Source: Squalus acanthias
Taxonomy: Eukaryota
Assembly: GCA_030390025.1 (NCBI GenBank)
Contig: CM059438.1
Location: 70,990,001-71,054,000 of the forward strand
Direction of reading: 5' to 3'
Length of the DNA stretch: 64,000 bases
Shown: positions 62,694-64,000 of the stretch, in pieces
How positions within the stretch are numbered: position 1 is the stretch's first letter
Layout of the letters: the number at the start of each line of letters is the position of its first letter
The notes under the pieces: model-generated
Told to the model about the DNA's origin: nothing
Databases searched by the model: none
What the model saw: the letters and a program-made list of their open reading frames with translations, nothing else
Program-made: the position numbers and the translations under genes

Positions 62694-63916
62694 GCCTGAC
62701 ATTCAGTTCCATTGACCGACACATTTACTAGTGCACAGTGCTGGTGGTTACATGCCTGTCACTGGTGGTTTTCATAGTGGAGCAATTTGAGGTGATGAAT
62801 TAAGAGTAGCATACCAGAAATGAGTTGACCCGATATTAAAACACATTGCTTTACATGAGCTTTGTTTCCAAATTAGTACCGATACTCAAAATAATGGCAC
62901 TTGATATAAATTTGAGTATTTATCGTAGCAGTTAACTGGTGCAGTGCATCTTTATCCCTGAATCTGTCACCTTTTCTAAGAAGGGTTTGGCCAGTTCCTT
63001 CTGTGGTGTGGATAATGACGTATACCCATATTACGGCTGAGAGATTCTACTGCTGAAACAACATGGGGGTAGGAAGAATAACTTCTGCTGTAATGATAAG
63101 CCAACTCGTATGTCAACCTGACAGCATTCAGCGTAAGAAACCTGAAAACTGTTGATTTAATTGCTGCACTTACAATTTGTGTCCCTGATGTCTAAACCTA
63201 TATGACAGTAATATAGTCTATACATATAATGATAGATATTACACACAGAAGGAAGTGCCTGTGGCAGTGTTAGCTTTTCAAGTGGAGATATCGCCTCTAA
63301 TTCCCTTTCCCCATATCCTTTTATATTCTTCCTTTTCAAATATTTATCCAATTCCTTTTCAAATGATGTTACTGTCTCTGCCAAAATAGCCACTTGTGCT
63401 AAAACATTCCATGTTCTAACAACCCCCGTGTGTGAAATAAATTCTTCTCCCTTTGTTCTTCTATCTTTAGAAGGATCTTTCTTATAATTTGTGATCAAGA
63501 ATATCCCAGTAATACTCCAAGTCCCACACCACCAATCCAACATTCTGTAGGATGCCCACTGTCAATGCCATTGTGACCACTGAGAATAATGCTGCAACAT
63601 GAAGAAAAACCTACTTTTACAAGAAAAAATTCTGTCTGTTAAAATAATACCTGCTACTGCTCAGTGAATTGAAGGCAGTAAATTACCAAAAAATATCTCA
63701 ATCCTCTTCACGGACAAAGATACGCCAAGGATACAGGACATAGGGCACAGTTGCCTGATTGTTATGGCACTGGACTAGCAACCCAGAGATCATGAGTTCA
63801 AATCCCACTTAACAGGTTGTGAAAATTCAATGAATCTTCACCAGAGGACTAACCATGGATTGTAATGAAAACCTAACTGGTTTCATTAATGTCCTTCAGG
63901 GAAGGAAGCCTGTCAC

Positions 63917-64000
63917 CAATGTTCCCTCTTACTTTTTTTTTGGTGCACGGTCCCTTTAAGTGGCTGCGCGACCCATTCAAATTTTCACGCATGCGCGGTT
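63917..64000. mobile_element. hAT-like MITE, cut by the window edge
   Basis: caatgttccctctt start; interior as in 7034-7208. Confidence 0.7.

Overview
Vertebrate genomic DNA, most likely a shark or other cartilaginous fish (inferred from the repeat content). The whole window lies inside the 3' half of a pappalysin-1 (PAPPA) gene on the minus strand. Seven GT-AG exons (45414-45231, 42197-41987, 37739-37568, 34576-34429, 29168-29059, 24181-24110, 9939-9841) splice in phase into a 996-nt, 332-codon open frame encoding the end of CCP1, CCP2-CCP5 and LNR3. I did not find the preceding exon or the canonical last exon in the window. The introns are full of repeats: tRNA-derived Deu-type SINEs, CR1, L2 and RTE LINE 3' fragments, hAT- and Harbinger-type MITEs, and Penelope-like elements. 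Most ORFs in the supplied track are spurious. The most notable observations are: (1) short fold-back Penelope-derived elements with 11-14 bp TSDs and hammerhead-ribozyme-like cores, one inserted into another copy of its own family; (2) a CpG-rich, coding-like segment at 5913-5677 that could be an alternative PAPPA terminal exon; (3) a MITE family with covarying tandem hairpins and a length-conserved 111-nt exon-like unit; (4) a young MITE carrying an array of AG|GT splice motifs in the PAPPA sense orientation. All boundaries were read by eye. Exon and TSD coordinates were counted exactly; the ends of old repeats are approximate.
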